DNA of 42,976 nt from a virus: IMG/VR virus record IMGVR_UViG_3300045988_151420, positions 1 through 42,976 of that record; one strand, 5' to 3'. Below are positions 15,456 through 24,491 of this stretch, one piece after another. Position numbers and translations under genes: made by a program. Each line of letters opens with the position of its first letter. Positions within the stretch are counted from its first letter, which is position 1. The notes below the pieces were generated by a model. It worked only from the letters and a program-made list of their open reading frames with translations. It ran no database searches and had not been told where the DNA came from.

Positions 15456-15485
15456 CATCACCCGCCGCCCTTCCACCCTCCTGAG
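15456..15485 (+). repeat. Right copy of the direct repeat CATCAC-N3-CCGCCCTTCCACC-N2-CCTGAG.
   Basis: Same blocks as 14540-14568, with identical spacing from CATCAC to the 13-mer. Confidence 0.6.
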
Positions 15486-15508
15486 GCACAGCTCACACAC
15501 TCTGGGTG

Positions 15509-15539
15509 TTGACAGCACCCACCACCGTTATTCTACGAT
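15509..15539 (+). promoter_or_regulatory. Candidate early promoter: TTGACA, 19-nt spacer, TACGAT.
   Basis: Perfect -35 at 15509-15514 inside GTGTTGAC. It lies 50 nt before the first rightward gene. Confidence 0.4.
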
Positions 15540-15588
15540 AGACGCACCACCAAAGGTCGGTGCACGCGAGAAAGAGAGGACGCACATA

Positions 15589-16026
15589 GTGGACAACACG
15601 CTAGATGAGGGAATGCTCGTCCGACACATGGACGTGCGTAGGACTAACGAACTGCTGAACGGGCAAGGGTCACACTTCGCAATTCTGATCGAGCACATGG
15701 ACGGAACGGATTACGAGGTGAGCGTCAACGACAAAAGAGAGACGCCCGAACATTTGACGGCGCTGCTCGCCGCTGTTACACGTGGTGCTGACATGATGAT
15801 CCGCGCCCTCGACATTCTCCGTACTGTCGGATACGTGGACGTGCGGCCTGTCGCACTATTGGGCAGGGCAATCATCTTTGGTTTGGATCGTGTCACGCTT
15901 GAGGTTGAAGTTATTGAGCGCAGTGACGGTGAGATTGAGTGCGGCATCAGCGTTGCCGGCGTGAATCAGGAGAATATTGAGGAGATTGGGAGTGTGCTGG
16001 AGGAGAAGGGCATTGACGTCGTCTGA
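15589..16026 (+). CDS. Hypothetical early protein.
   Basis: 145-aa ORF with a GTG start and GAGAAAGAGAGGA upstream. Confidence 0.7.
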   Translation: MDNTLDEGMLVRHMDVRRTNELLNGQGSHFAILIEHMDGTDYEVSVNDKRETPEHLTALLAAVTRGADMMIRALDILRTVGYVDVRPVALLGRAIIFGLDRVTLEVEVIERSDGEIECGISVAGVNQENIEEIGSVLEEKGIDVV

Positions 16027-16099
16027 GACGGTGTGGCAGAGGTCAACAATGACATGCCAACTCACTTGATCTGAAGGGTTTTGACTGAACTGGACTGAT

Positions 16100-16142
16100 A
16101 TCGCGTCCTCCGTTTCGTGATCGCACGGGCGGAGGACGCGAT
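16100..16142 (+). terminator. Stem-loop after the first early gene.
   Basis: 13-bp arms atcgcgtcctccg/cggaggacgcgat. Confidence 0.55.
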
Positions 16143-16357
16143 CATATGTGGCCCACTGTCCGATGTTCCGGGGGTGATGGGCTGACATGTTGGGGACCAG
16201 CACCTCGGAGTGTGTTGGACGTCTCACCCTGGGGGGTGGACAGGCGGGCGCCAGGGCCCTAGAGTTAAGTCCATCGGGAGCAAGACAGCAGCCCGACGGG
16301 GCGAAGTAAGGCGCCTCGCAACACAACCAAGACCATCACAGGGGAAGAGAAGAGACT

Positions 16358-16540
16358 ATGACCATGAGGCACGCGGCACCACGTAACACCAATGTTACGC
16401 CCCGCCGCCCTTTGGGACGGAGCAGCGAAATTATTCTGGCTGCCGTCATCTACCTGACCGCATCGTGCTTCGCAGTTGTCGGGACGCTCGGTGTCGTGGC
16501 GGCTATTTGGGTTCTGTGGGGTGCAATCGGGGTACGGTGA
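16358..16540 (+). CDS. Small membrane protein.
   Basis: 60 aa. A hydrophobic stretch (IILAAVIYLTASCFAVVGTLGVVAAIWVLWGAIG) is present, and GGGGAAGAGAAGAG lies before the ATG. Confidence 0.65.
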   Translation: MTMRHAAPRNTNVTPRRPLGRSSEIILAAVIYLTASCFAVVGTLGVVAAIWVLWGAIGVR

Positions 16541-16593
16541 CCCCCCCGCAATTCCGAACAACACAAGCACTAGGGAAAGAGGGGGAACACGTC

Positions 16594-17523
16594 GTGTTTT
16601 ATGACGCGCATTTCATCATTGATGTCACGAATTGGTCGCAGGGTGTTTGGTTGGATGGCACAGTGCAGATAATGGACAAGGAGGATATTCTTCTGTCCAA
16701 TCGCATTGTGCCCAATCGCTTTGTGCCCGCCCATCTTCCTGAATTTCCTGATGACCGTTGTTCCGCTAATGAGGGACTGGCTTTCATGGTGGGTGTGGCG
16801 AAGGTTTATGATCGCATTCTTACCTTGGCCGATGAGCATGGTCTCTATGTTGGCGAGGATGAGTTTTCGACTTTGGTGGTGTCGTCTGGTGGGGCGACGA
16901 TTGGCACCATGATGGTTGCTATGAGGCGAAGCGGCGTCGAGCTGGACGTCGCCCCGTTCGCTGGGGAGGAAGAGTCTAAGCGTCCCATCTGGGACCACTT
17001 TGTGGGCGATCTCTCTCGCGATCCTGTTGTTTCGCGTCCCAGCGCTCCTGTCGTGGGCAATACTCGGCGGAGGTTGGCGGGGCCGCTCACGCATTCTTCA
17101 CGATTCCACATTTACGCGACACCGATGGGTGAGATGACGTTCGTTTCTGGTGAGGTCGCGTTAATCGAGGACAATATTGAAACTCTTAGCTGGGAGGCCA
17201 ACATTGGTGTAGTCCGTACTGAGGACATTGCGGATAGGTTGCAGGAAATGTTTGATCGTCTCGCTGTGGGCGCTTCTGTCATGGATCGTCTCGCTTCGGA
17301 GGCGGACGCTTGTGGTATCGCTCTTGCGATGGCGGGGGATTCTGTTATTGTCGCCTATTTCAATGGTGAGATTATTGGGCAGATTGATTTGGGGGCGGGT
17401 AGTGGCGGTGTCGAATTTACCCCCGGTAGGTTGGATTCTCCTGACCGGTCGGACGCTATGGACAGGGCGTGGAGGGATTTCTGTGCCCTAATTCGGCAGA
17501 TTCTTGGCAGTAGTGTCGTCTGA
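16594..17523 (+). CDS. Hypothetical protein.
   Basis: Long ORF. I prefer the GTG at 16594, which follows GGGAAAGAGGGGG, over the track start at 16465. Confidence 0.7.
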   Translation: MFYDAHFIIDVTNWSQGVWLDGTVQIMDKEDILLSNRIVPNRFVPAHLPEFPDDRCSANEGLAFMVGVAKVYDRILTLADEHGLYVGEDEFSTLVVSSGGATIGTMMVAMRRSGVELDVAPFAGEEESKRPIWDHFVGDLSRDPVVSRPSAPVVGNTRRRLAGPLTHSSRFHIYATPMGEMTFVSGEVALIEDNIETLSWEANIGVVRTEDIADRLQEMFDRLAVGASVMDRLASEADACGIALAMAGDSVIVAYFNGEIIGQIDLGAGSGGVEFTPGRLDSPDRSDAMDRAWRDFCALIRQILGSSVV

Positions 17524-17558
17524 CACTGCCGCATTTTCAGGTAAGGGAGGAGAGAATC

Positions 17559-18050
17559 GTGCTTTGGTTTGAATATGTTGGCCCCAATAATGAAGGGGTG
17601 ACTGATCGGGATGTTGAGATGGGGTTTATTCGGGAGAATATGCCTCCCGCCACTTCCTGCCATCACGATAGCGCCGGTTTCACCGTCATGATCTGGGACA
17701 CTAGGGCTGGCGTTATTGAAACGTATGTGTTTGATGATGGTAGGCCGACGGCATGGTATTTCAGTGCGAAAGAGACGACGGCGGATGCTTGGTGGCGGAA
17801 AGCTGTCACTGCCGGTGAGACTACTAAGGTTGGGGTCAGGTGGATTCGCAAGCGTATTAAGTTACAGGAGATAGAAGAGGAGGGCGCCCGTCTGGCGTAC
17901 GATTTCATTCTTTGCCTGGAAGAAATGCGTGGCAGTGAGAAGGATCCGGCTACATGGGAGTGCGCCCGGTCTGACGCCAGGGATAGGCTAGTTGATCTGT
18001 GTGATCTAGTGGGTGTGTCGGCGGAGGAGGTGATCGGCTCCAACATTTAA
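17559..18050 (+). CDS. Hypothetical protein.
   Basis: 163-aa ORF with a GTG start after AAGGGAGGAGAGA. Confidence 0.75.
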   Translation: MLWFEYVGPNNEGVTDRDVEMGFIRENMPPATSCHHDSAGFTVMIWDTRAGVIETYVFDDGRPTAWYFSAKETTADAWWRKAVTAGETTKVGVRWIRKRIKLQEIEEEGARLAYDFILCLEEMRGSEKDPATWECARSDARDRLVDLCDLVGVSAEEVIGSNI

Positions 18051-18113
18051 CCCGCGTGCCATTCAACAGTAAATAGTAGTATCCATCACAATATTCGGGA
18101 AGAGAGAAGCATT

Positions 18114-18392
18114 ATGGGTACAGTTTTCGGAACGGTTGTCTCTCAGGCGGTCCGTGAGTGGAATAATGACGGGCGCCGCCACGAGTTCAATGTACATGCG
18201 CCCGCCCGCAAGGTTTACGATGGCGGCATCATCACTATCGGCAGCACCTGCCGTATCGTGGTCGCCGGTAACACTGTGCGGGCGAGGTCCATTAAGCGAA
18301 AGGGCGCCGCGATTCCTCCTGAGAGTGTCGGTGAGTTCGTCCACCGTGCTTTGACTGTCGCGGCTAACCGCAGTAAGGCGGCCGACAAATGA
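18114..18392 (+). CDS. Hypothetical protein.
   Basis: 92-aa ORF with GGGAAGAGAGAAG before the ATG. Confidence 0.7.
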   Translation: MGTVFGTVVSQAVREWNNDGRRHEFNVHAPARKVYDGGIITIGSTCRIVVAGNTVRARSIKRKGAAIPPESVGEFVHRALTVAANRSKAADK

Positions 18393-18724
18393 GTGACTCC
18401 AGTACCGATAAGGCTATGTTTGCTTTCCTTGCTAGTTGTGCCGGTGATTTCGCCCAGTGGCCTCAGTGTTCGATCACCGCTTTGCAGGGCCATAATGACG
18501 CTGGCCGCCTTTCCATGGCTCTTTTCAAAGCGATGGCCAGGAATCCTGTCGATAGGACTGTCTTCAGGATTGTTGTCACGAAAGGTGAGAGTTGGCGGGT
18601 TCGTGTTATTCAGATATCGAATCATGTACTTTTGGATGAACGCGACGCTGACCGGGCCACTATCGTCCATGCTATGAATCGTTTCGCAGAGCTGGCCGGC
18701 ATGAGGGAAGATGAGGAGTCGTGA
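18389..18724 (+). CDS. Hypothetical protein.
   Basis: 111-aa ORF coupled to the upstream gene by an ATGA overlap. Confidence 0.7.
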   Translation: MSDSSTDKAMFAFLASCAGDFAQWPQCSITALQGHNDAGRLSMALFKAMARNPVDRTVFRIVVTKGESWRVRVIQISNHVLLDERDADRATIVHAMNRFAELAGMREDEES

Positions 18725-19038
18725 TTAGCGACGAGCTGCGTCCCATCGTGACCGAATTCGTGGTGGAGATGCTCAATGATCCGCACTGTGAGTCCATCCT
18801 GTTAGATACTGGGGAGGATGCCATAGTGGATAGTGATCTGCCTGTCCTCTATTTGGACGCCACCGGGAAACGGTACGGGTGCACTCTCTCCATCGTAGGG
18901 GATGAGTATTCGGTGGGCATTCGGGATCGTGACACAGACGAAACAATAACAACGATGAAGGGGAGATGCGAGGCATGGAAGCTTCGGGGGCTGCTCGGCG
19001 AAATCAAGACAAAACTGTGGGGTGGGGGGGGCAAATGA
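18721..19038 (+). CDS. Hypothetical protein.
   Basis: 105-aa ORF coupled to the upstream gene by a GTGA overlap. Confidence 0.7.
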   Translation: MISDELRPIVTEFVVEMLNDPHCESILLDTGEDAIVDSDLPVLYLDATGKRYGCTLSIVGDEYSVGIRDRDTDETITTMKGRCEAWKLRGLLGEIKTKLWGGGGK

Positions 19039-19349
19039 TCAAGCTATTCGACTGGGAATTCCTGAAACATGTCACTGAGACGTGCAAGAATTACGCCAGC
19101 ACGGGCGGGAATGATTCGCTCGGCCTGGAAGTAAGCGCTTGGAACAACAGCATCCACATTGTGGTCGTGTCGTTCGGGCATAGGTTTATTTTCGAGGCGG
19201 ATACTGTTCGCGGTTACAAGGCGGCGATTTTCGAGCAGACGAACCGTTATTGGGGCCCTGTGTTCGACGTCGGCTACACTTTCGACGGCGCCGAGATTCT
19301 TGAAGCTTTCAATAGTTTCATCACTCGCGTGGAGGTGGAGAATAATTGA
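19035..19349 (+). CDS. Hypothetical protein.
   Basis: ATG at 19035 in an ATGA overlap (MIKLFDWEF...). The track start at 18966 is rejected. Confidence 0.65.
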   Translation: MIKLFDWEFLKHVTETCKNYASTGGNDSLGLEVSAWNNSIHIVVVSFGHRFIFEADTVRGYKAAIFEQTNRYWGPVFDVGYTFDGAEILEAFNSFITRVEVENN

Positions 19350-20917
19350 GTGTTGAGAAGATTGCGGATTATGGGTTCGCGTCCCCGGACGGGGGTGTGC
19401 GCTATGATTGGTTCGCTGATAGGGTTATTGACTATTTGCAGTCCAGGTCGCCGGAGACGCCGCCCCGGTTTCTGTGGACGACTTTCTTGACGATGGTGTC
19501 CGCCCCGTTGTCTGCTAGGACTCATTTGTCCGCGAACGCGCAGAATATGGTGCCGTTGACACTGTATTCGCACTGCCTAGGGGCATCCACCTTGTCGAGG
19601 AAGACTACGGCACAGTCTTTGGTGCGCGGTTTCTTTGACGATTGCGTGGACGCGTTCAGGTGGGATTCGTCTAAGTCTTTGGCGGCAGTGCGGGAGTGTG
19701 ATTCGGCGCTCCACATGCTGTATCGTCGTTTGGAATCCCTGGAGAGAAAGGGCGGCCGTATTGATATTGACGAGTATCGGACAGAGCGGGACGATATCAA
19801 TAATCGTATCGCCGAGTTTGAGGCTGATCGTAAGGACTTGCTGAACAGTATTGATAATAGCCCGTGCGAGCGGTCTCTTATGGCGAATGTTTTGTTCGGG
19901 TCTAATGTGACGGCTGAGGGTTTGAATCTTCGGATGGCGCAGCGGCCGGGCGGGGCGTCTATCATGTTTGTGGACGAACTACAGAATATGTATTCCGCGT
20001 CACAGGGGGAGGGGTATCGTAGCGGGCTCATCGGGTTCCTGACCGATGTTTACTCGGGTAAAACGGTTGAGTCCGTGCGTGTTGGTGATGACGGCGTCAG
20101 GCGGGCGGACAGTGAGAGAGTTCCTCATTCTCTTGCTTTCTGCGGCACGGGGATTCTCGGCGACGTAGTCGATAACATGTCACAGTCTTTGTTTGAGACT
20201 GGGTGGGGTCCGCGCATTCTTTTTGCGTTGGATGAGGGGGGTCGCCGGTCTGATCCTTCGTCTTTCGGATGGGTCACCAACAATCGTCAGGGCGCGAATG
20301 GTGGTGATGGTTTTATTGAGCATGCTTCCGAGCACATTTCCAATATGCTGGGGATGATGCAGCACGAATTCCGTGGCACTGTCACTTGCGCCACCGAGTT
20401 CTGGTCCGTCAACACACCAATGACTATGACCGTGACCGAGTCGGCCCGGAATGTTTGGGTGGAAACGATGCGAGCCTGGGCTGGGGAAGCGGCCCGTGAG
20501 TCGCCTTTCCAGCGGGCGGTGCAGGCGGTCATTGACCGCATGGGGAACCATATTATGCGCGTGGCCGCTATTCTGTCTCTTTTCGAGCAGCAGATGAGCG
20601 TGTCGTCGTCTGCTGTGAGGAAAGCTTTCAGTCTGGCGTCCGATTTCTGGTTGCCTGACGCACTGAAAATGGTTGATTATGTTTTTGTTCCGGATTTGAC
20701 GCGTATGGTGGATGATTTCAGTAGTAATCCGCCGACTGAGACGCGTTTGTATCAGGTTTTGGAGGCGAAGAATTTGTCTCCTCGTAGTGTGGAGGAGTAT
20801 CGGCAGTATATTCTTCGTCGGGGCGTGAAGTTTCAGACGGAAGGGGCTATTGTGGATAATGATCTCGTGGAGGCGATTCTGCGGGATCAGATAGCGGAAC
20901 CGTCGTACAGTGAGTGA
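19346..20917 (+). CDS. DUF3987-like replicative helicase / primase-associated protein.
   Basis: 523 aa with a TTG start after GGAGGTGGAG. The family call is from recalled sequence character and from the adjacent primase. Confidence 0.5.
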   Translation: MSVEKIADYGFASPDGGVRYDWFADRVIDYLQSRSPETPPRFLWTTFLTMVSAPLSARTHLSANAQNMVPLTLYSHCLGASTLSRKTTAQSLVRGFFDDCVDAFRWDSSKSLAAVRECDSALHMLYRRLESLERKGGRIDIDEYRTERDDINNRIAEFEADRKDLLNSIDNSPCERSLMANVLFGSNVTAEGLNLRMAQRPGGASIMFVDELQNMYSASQGEGYRSGLIGFLTDVYSGKTVESVRVGDDGVRRADSERVPHSLAFCGTGILGDVVDNMSQSLFETGWGPRILFALDEGGRRSDPSSFGWVTNNRQGANGGDGFIEHASEHISNMLGMMQHEFRGTVTCATEFWSVNTPMTMTVTESARNVWVETMRAWAGEAARESPFQRAVQAVIDRMGNHIMRVAAILSLFEQQMSVSSSAVRKAFSLASDFWLPDALKMVDYVFVPDLTRMVDDFSSNPPTETRLYQVLEAKNLSPRSVEEYRQYILRRGVKFQTEGAIVDNDLVEAILRDQIAEPSYSE

Positions 20918-21809
20918 TGTTTTCGGGGCGCGTTTCCCTGTGATGGTAGCGGGCAATGTTCGCTCCATCACAGGGTGGCGTGCCACTAGCGTAAATTTGA
21001 GTGATTTTGCTGCCTTGTGTGAGGCGCCCTCGAAGTGCGAGAAGAATGATGCTCCTGCTTTTTTTGCTGGCATTCTTTCTGGGGGTAGGCGGCGGAAGAG
21101 GAATTTTGTGTCCCGGTCGGCGATTGTTTTGGACGCGGATCATGGGTCGCGGAAAGATTTCGTTGGGGATCGCATGTGGGCGGCGAATCTTGCCGGTATT
21201 GTGTGGGAGACGGCGTCGTCGTCTTTCCCGTCCCCAAGGTTCCGCGTTGTCCTGCCGTGCACTCGCAGCATGACTGCGGGGGAAAGTGAAGCGATCGGCC
21301 GGACGTGCTTCAGTGTGCTGGGGCCCGTGGCCCAGTGGGACGGGTCGTGCGCTGAGGCGTCCCGAGCTTTCTTCCTGCCGTCGCATCGCCTTGGTCTGAG
21401 GGTGCGTCATTGGCTCATTGACGGCGCCCGTTTGAATGTCGATAAATGGCTGGAGAACATCGGGTATGAGGAGAGAAGCGATGATGTTTCTTTGTCTTCT
21501 GTGCCCGATGGCGGCTATGGTGGTGTGATTGGCGAGTTCAATTCAAAGTATGGGTTTAATGATCTTGTCGGTTTGTTTGGTTGGCCGTATGAGTTGGTGG
21601 GGCGACGCTGGCGGTATGTGCGTGGTGGCGACACGGCCCCGGGTGTGACGATGCTGGACAGCGGTCTGGTCTTCTCGCATCATGCGGATGATCCGCTTGC
21701 GGACGGGCGGGCGCACACAGCTTTTGATTGTATGAGGCTACTGGAGTGCGGTGGCGACGTGACTGTGGCTGTGGGTGAGGCGTTGTCTCTCCTCCACCTG
21801 GAGATGTGA
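20910..21809 (+). CDS. Archaeo-eukaryotic-type (AEP) DNA primase / primase-polymerase.
   Basis: 299 aa with an AIVLDADHG (DxD) motif. Confidence 0.55.
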   Translation: MSDVFGARFPVMVAGNVRSITGWRATSVNLSDFAALCEAPSKCEKNDAPAFFAGILSGGRRRKRNFVSRSAIVLDADHGSRKDFVGDRMWAANLAGIVWETASSSFPSPRFRVVLPCTRSMTAGESEAIGRTCFSVLGPVAQWDGSCAEASRAFFLPSHRLGLRVRHWLIDGARLNVDKWLENIGYEERSDDVSLSSVPDGGYGGVIGEFNSKYGFNDLVGLFGWPYELVGRRWRYVRGGDTAPGVTMLDSGLVFSHHADDPLADGRAHTAFDCMRLLECGGDVTVAVGEALSLLHLEM

Positions 21810-21830
21810 GCCAGGTCATGCTCCTGTGGG

Positions 21831-21861
21831 TTGACGAGGGCGTGCGCGGCCCGCCTATACT
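21831..21861 (+). promoter_or_regulatory. Candidate promoter: TTGACG, 19-nt spacer, TATACT.
   Basis: Read directly; it lies in the 100-nt gap before the gene at 21911. Confidence 0.35.
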
Positions 21862-21910
21862 AGAGCCATCACCGAGGAACGGTGACAGTACAGAGAGAAG
21901 AGAGAGAATT

Positions 21911-22123
21911 ATGGACACTATCGCTCGTCGCAGCACCCGGGATGACGTCATCATGTACGACATCATCCCCACGCTGGACCAGATGGACGACTACGATGTT
22001 GCTGCAATCGCCGACGATGTGATTGGACAGTATTTCTCCTCAACTGGCACCCCCTACTATGTGGTGGATGTTGACGAGGATGCCTACTGGGCTGCGGTGG
22101 AGCGTCACGTCATCGCCCACTGA
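21911..22123 (+). CDS. Small, highly acidic protein.
   Basis: ATG at 21911 after AGAGAGAAGAGAGAGAA. 70 aa with 13 Asp + 2 Glu against 4 Arg. Confidence 0.7.
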   Translation: MDTIARRSTRDDVIMYDIIPTLDQMDDYDVAAIADDVIGQYFSSTGTPYYVVDVDEDAYWAAVERHVIAH

Positions 22124-22133
22124 CCCAACAGAG

Positions 22134-22171
22134 CGAACCCCGTCCCGTTATTGCCAATGGGGCGGGGTTCG
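22134..22171 (+). terminator. Stem-loop terminator.
   Basis: Arms cgaaccccgtccc/ggggcggggttcg, about 12-13 bp. Confidence 0.6.
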
Positions 22172-22194
22172 TCATATCGGAAAGGAAAGAGCAG

Positions 22195-22263
22195 ATGACA
22201 TGTCTCATGTTCATGCTCACCATTTGTCTCCTAGTGATCGTTTGGACGAATTTCAATGATTAA
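22195..22263 (+). CDS. 22-aa hydrophobic micro-ORF overlapping the SNF2 start.
   Basis: AAGGAAAGAG lies before the ATG at 22195. Translation: MTCLMFMLTICLLVIVWTNFND. The stop at 22261-22263 overlaps the ATG at 22256, which has no ribosome binding site of its own. Confidence 0.35.
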   Translation: MTCLMFMLTICLLVIVWTNFND

Positions 22264-23650
22264 CATTCGGCCCACTGGGGCGCAGGAAAGAGAAATCAAC
22301 CGCACCGTCACCGCGATTCGAGATGGCGGTGGTGCTTTGCTCGCGTGGGAGCCTGGCTGCGGGAAAACATACGGCGCCATCTGGGTCGCGCAAAAACTCG
22401 GCGCTGCCAGGCGGGTTATTGTTGTGTGTCCGAGGCGCGTCATTCCGTCATGGCAGGCCAGTATCAAGACCATCACTGGCCGGGAAGCGAAGGTGCTGTC
22501 GCGCACCATTAAGGCGGGGCGCACCAACATTGAAAGCATGCTGAACGGCGAGGACGGTTGGTGGGTCATTAATTTCGAGCTATTGGTTTCCCTGGGAAAG
22601 GCGGTAGAAGCGGGGAAGTGGCCTAATGCTTCCTTCTCGAAGAAATTGTTCGACATGGTGGTCGTGGACGAGGTGCACCGTATCGCCAATCATCGCACCC
22701 AGTCTTTCCGGGCCGTGAAGGCACTGAAGTCAAAGTATCGTCTCGGCTTGTCGGGCACGCCCGCTGGCAATAAACCCGTCAACATTTACGGTGTTCTCAA
22801 ATTCCTGAACCCGAACAGTGTCGATCGTAGTTTCTACCGGTTTGCGGATGAGTTTTTTGTTTCTGAGTTCAATCCTTTTGCGGCGTCCCCGCATGCCAGG
22901 ATTTATGGTGGCGAAAAGACTCCCGGCACTCTTCGTGATTCCGTGGGTGATATTTGGTCTGCGATGCGGGGTAGTGAGGTTTTTGGTGATCTACCTCCAG
23001 TAAATGTTCAACGCGTTGTCTGTGGGATGCGACGTAAACAGAAGAGGATGTATCTGGAGTTTGTGGATCATCGTTTGGCGGTTATGGATGGTGGGGCTAG
23101 CGTTGCCTCGTCCGCCGCCGTTCTAGACGGGAGGCTCAGGCAGGTCACTCTCGGACCATTGAGAATCGTGGGCGATAGTGTCGAGTTCGAGGAGCGAGGA
23201 TCCTCGAAGATCGACGCGACCCTTGATATTCTGTCTGATCTGCCGTCGGATGAGAAGATTATTCTGTGGTGTCACTCACGTAAATTCATGACGCCGTTGC
23301 GGAAGCGACTGACAGATGCTGGCTACCGGAGCGTTGAATTGTCCAGTGACTACCATAATGAGTGGCGGCAGTTTTTGGACCCCGATGGGCCGCGTATTCT
23401 TTGCGCTGTTATTGCGGCCGCTGCAGAAGGAATAGATGGTCTGCAGAATGTTTGCAATACCGAGGTTTGGTTGAGTGAGGATAATAGTGTGATTTTGAAT
23501 TTGCAGGCGTCTGCTCGTTTGAATCGTAAGGGGCAGACGAAGCCGGTGAATCGTTTTCTTTTGCAGTGTAAGGATACTGTTGACGTGACGGCTGTGGAGC
23601 CGAGGTTGGCGGCGGGGTATGAGCGTCTGCGTGAGAGCGACCTCATATGA
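22256..23650 (+). CDS. SNF2-family DEAD/H helicase.
   Basis: GCGKTYGAI (motif I), DEVHRIAN (motif II), LSGTPAGNKP, and a C-terminal helicase domain. Confidence 0.85.
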   Translation: MINIRPTGAQEREINRTVTAIRDGGGALLAWEPGCGKTYGAIWVAQKLGAARRVIVVCPRRVIPSWQASIKTITGREAKVLSRTIKAGRTNIESMLNGEDGWWVINFELLVSLGKAVEAGKWPNASFSKKLFDMVVVDEVHRIANHRTQSFRAVKALKSKYRLGLSGTPAGNKPVNIYGVLKFLNPNSVDRSFYRFADEFFVSEFNPFAASPHARIYGGEKTPGTLRDSVGDIWSAMRGSEVFGDLPPVNVQRVVCGMRRKQKRMYLEFVDHRLAVMDGGASVASSAAVLDGRLRQVTLGPLRIVGDSVEFEERGSSKIDATLDILSDLPSDEKIILWCHSRKFMTPLRKRLTDAGYRSVELSSDYHNEWRQFLDPDGPRILCAVIAAAAEGIDGLQNVCNTEVWLSEDNSVILNLQASARLNRKGQTKPVNRFLLQCKDTVDVTAVEPRLAAGYERLRESDLI

Positions 23651-23967
23651 GATGTGATAGGCGCCACGCCCACATGGGTTGCGTGCGCTACCACCACGCA
23701 CCTACAGTAGATGCCATGAAGACAGAAACACACGGTGGCTCGGCCATTCACCTAGTGCGACGCCGCATGACAGGCACCGTTCGGGACATTCTCGTATCCG
23801 ACGACAGCGAGCTAGTCGGCAGGAATTTCCTGACCGTCGCCCCAGTGAACGACAAACACTCAGACATTAACGTCATCCACGTCACGGCAGACAATGTCGG
23901 CATTGTGCGCGGCATGGCCACCAATAACAGCCTCGACATTTATGAGCTCACCACAGAGGAGAGGTGA
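23647..23967 (+). CDS. Hypothetical protein.
   Basis: 106-aa ORF coupled by an ATGA overlap; an alternative ATG is at 23716. Confidence 0.55.
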   Translation: MRCDRRHAHMGCVRYHHAPTVDAMKTETHGGSAIHLVRRRMTGTVRDILVSDDSELVGRNFLTVAPVNDKHSDINVIHVTADNVGIVRGMATNNSLDIYELTTEER

Positions 23968-23975
23968 AAAATATT

Positions 23976-24182
23976 ATGCGCATCACACAGGGCACCACGA
24001 TTGACGAAATCGCTGGCCACACTATTCTTCTGAAGTGGCCGACACAGTTCGGCGTCAAGGCAATGCAACTGCACGTGCCCAGCATTCGATCGGAGAACAT
24101 TTGGCGGATCCAATGCTATGCGGCCGTCATTTCTACAGCGATCGAGGAGCGGGCCGGCCTCACAGCAACCATTATCGAATAA
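23976..24182 (+). CDS. Hypothetical protein.
   Basis: ATG at 23976 after GAGGAGAGG. Confidence 0.6.
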   Translation: MRITQGTTIDEIAGHTILLKWPTQFGVKAMQLHVPSIRSENIWRIQCYAAVISTAIEERAGLTATIIE

Positions 24183-24224
24183 CACACACTATCAACATTT
24201 AGGGAAGAGAGAGTAAAAACACTA

Positions 24225-24491
24225 ATGGGCGTCTATCTAGTATGGGAATCATCGCAGAAAGGCGACTACCGGGTCTACTCGAATCTCGAACAAGCCGCAA
24301 TGCGAGCAGAAGAGCTTGACGGCACCGTCTATGAAATCATGCCGGCCGGCGACGCAAGACTATTCTTCATTGAAGATATTGCGAGCGGAGACATTGAGGT
24401 TCACCGTGACGTCAGGCTAGCCGCCATCGCCGCAATTCAGGAAGGAGAGAAATTTGAATTTGAGCCCGGCCGCCGCAACGGCGGTCAGTGA
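24225..24491 (+). CDS. Hypothetical protein.
   Basis: 88-aa ORF with AGGGAAGAGAGAG upstream. Confidence 0.7.
   Translation: MGVYLVWESSQKGDYRVYSNLEQAAMRAEELDGTVYEIMPAGDARLFFIEDIASGDIEVHRDVRLAAIAAIQEGEKFEFEPGRRNGGQ

Noticed and set aside
20180-21410. Minus-strand ORFs 20180..21073 and 20847..21410.
   Set aside because: They are antisense to the helicase-like and primase genes. Their products are Arg/Pro/His-rich junk, and there are no translation signals.
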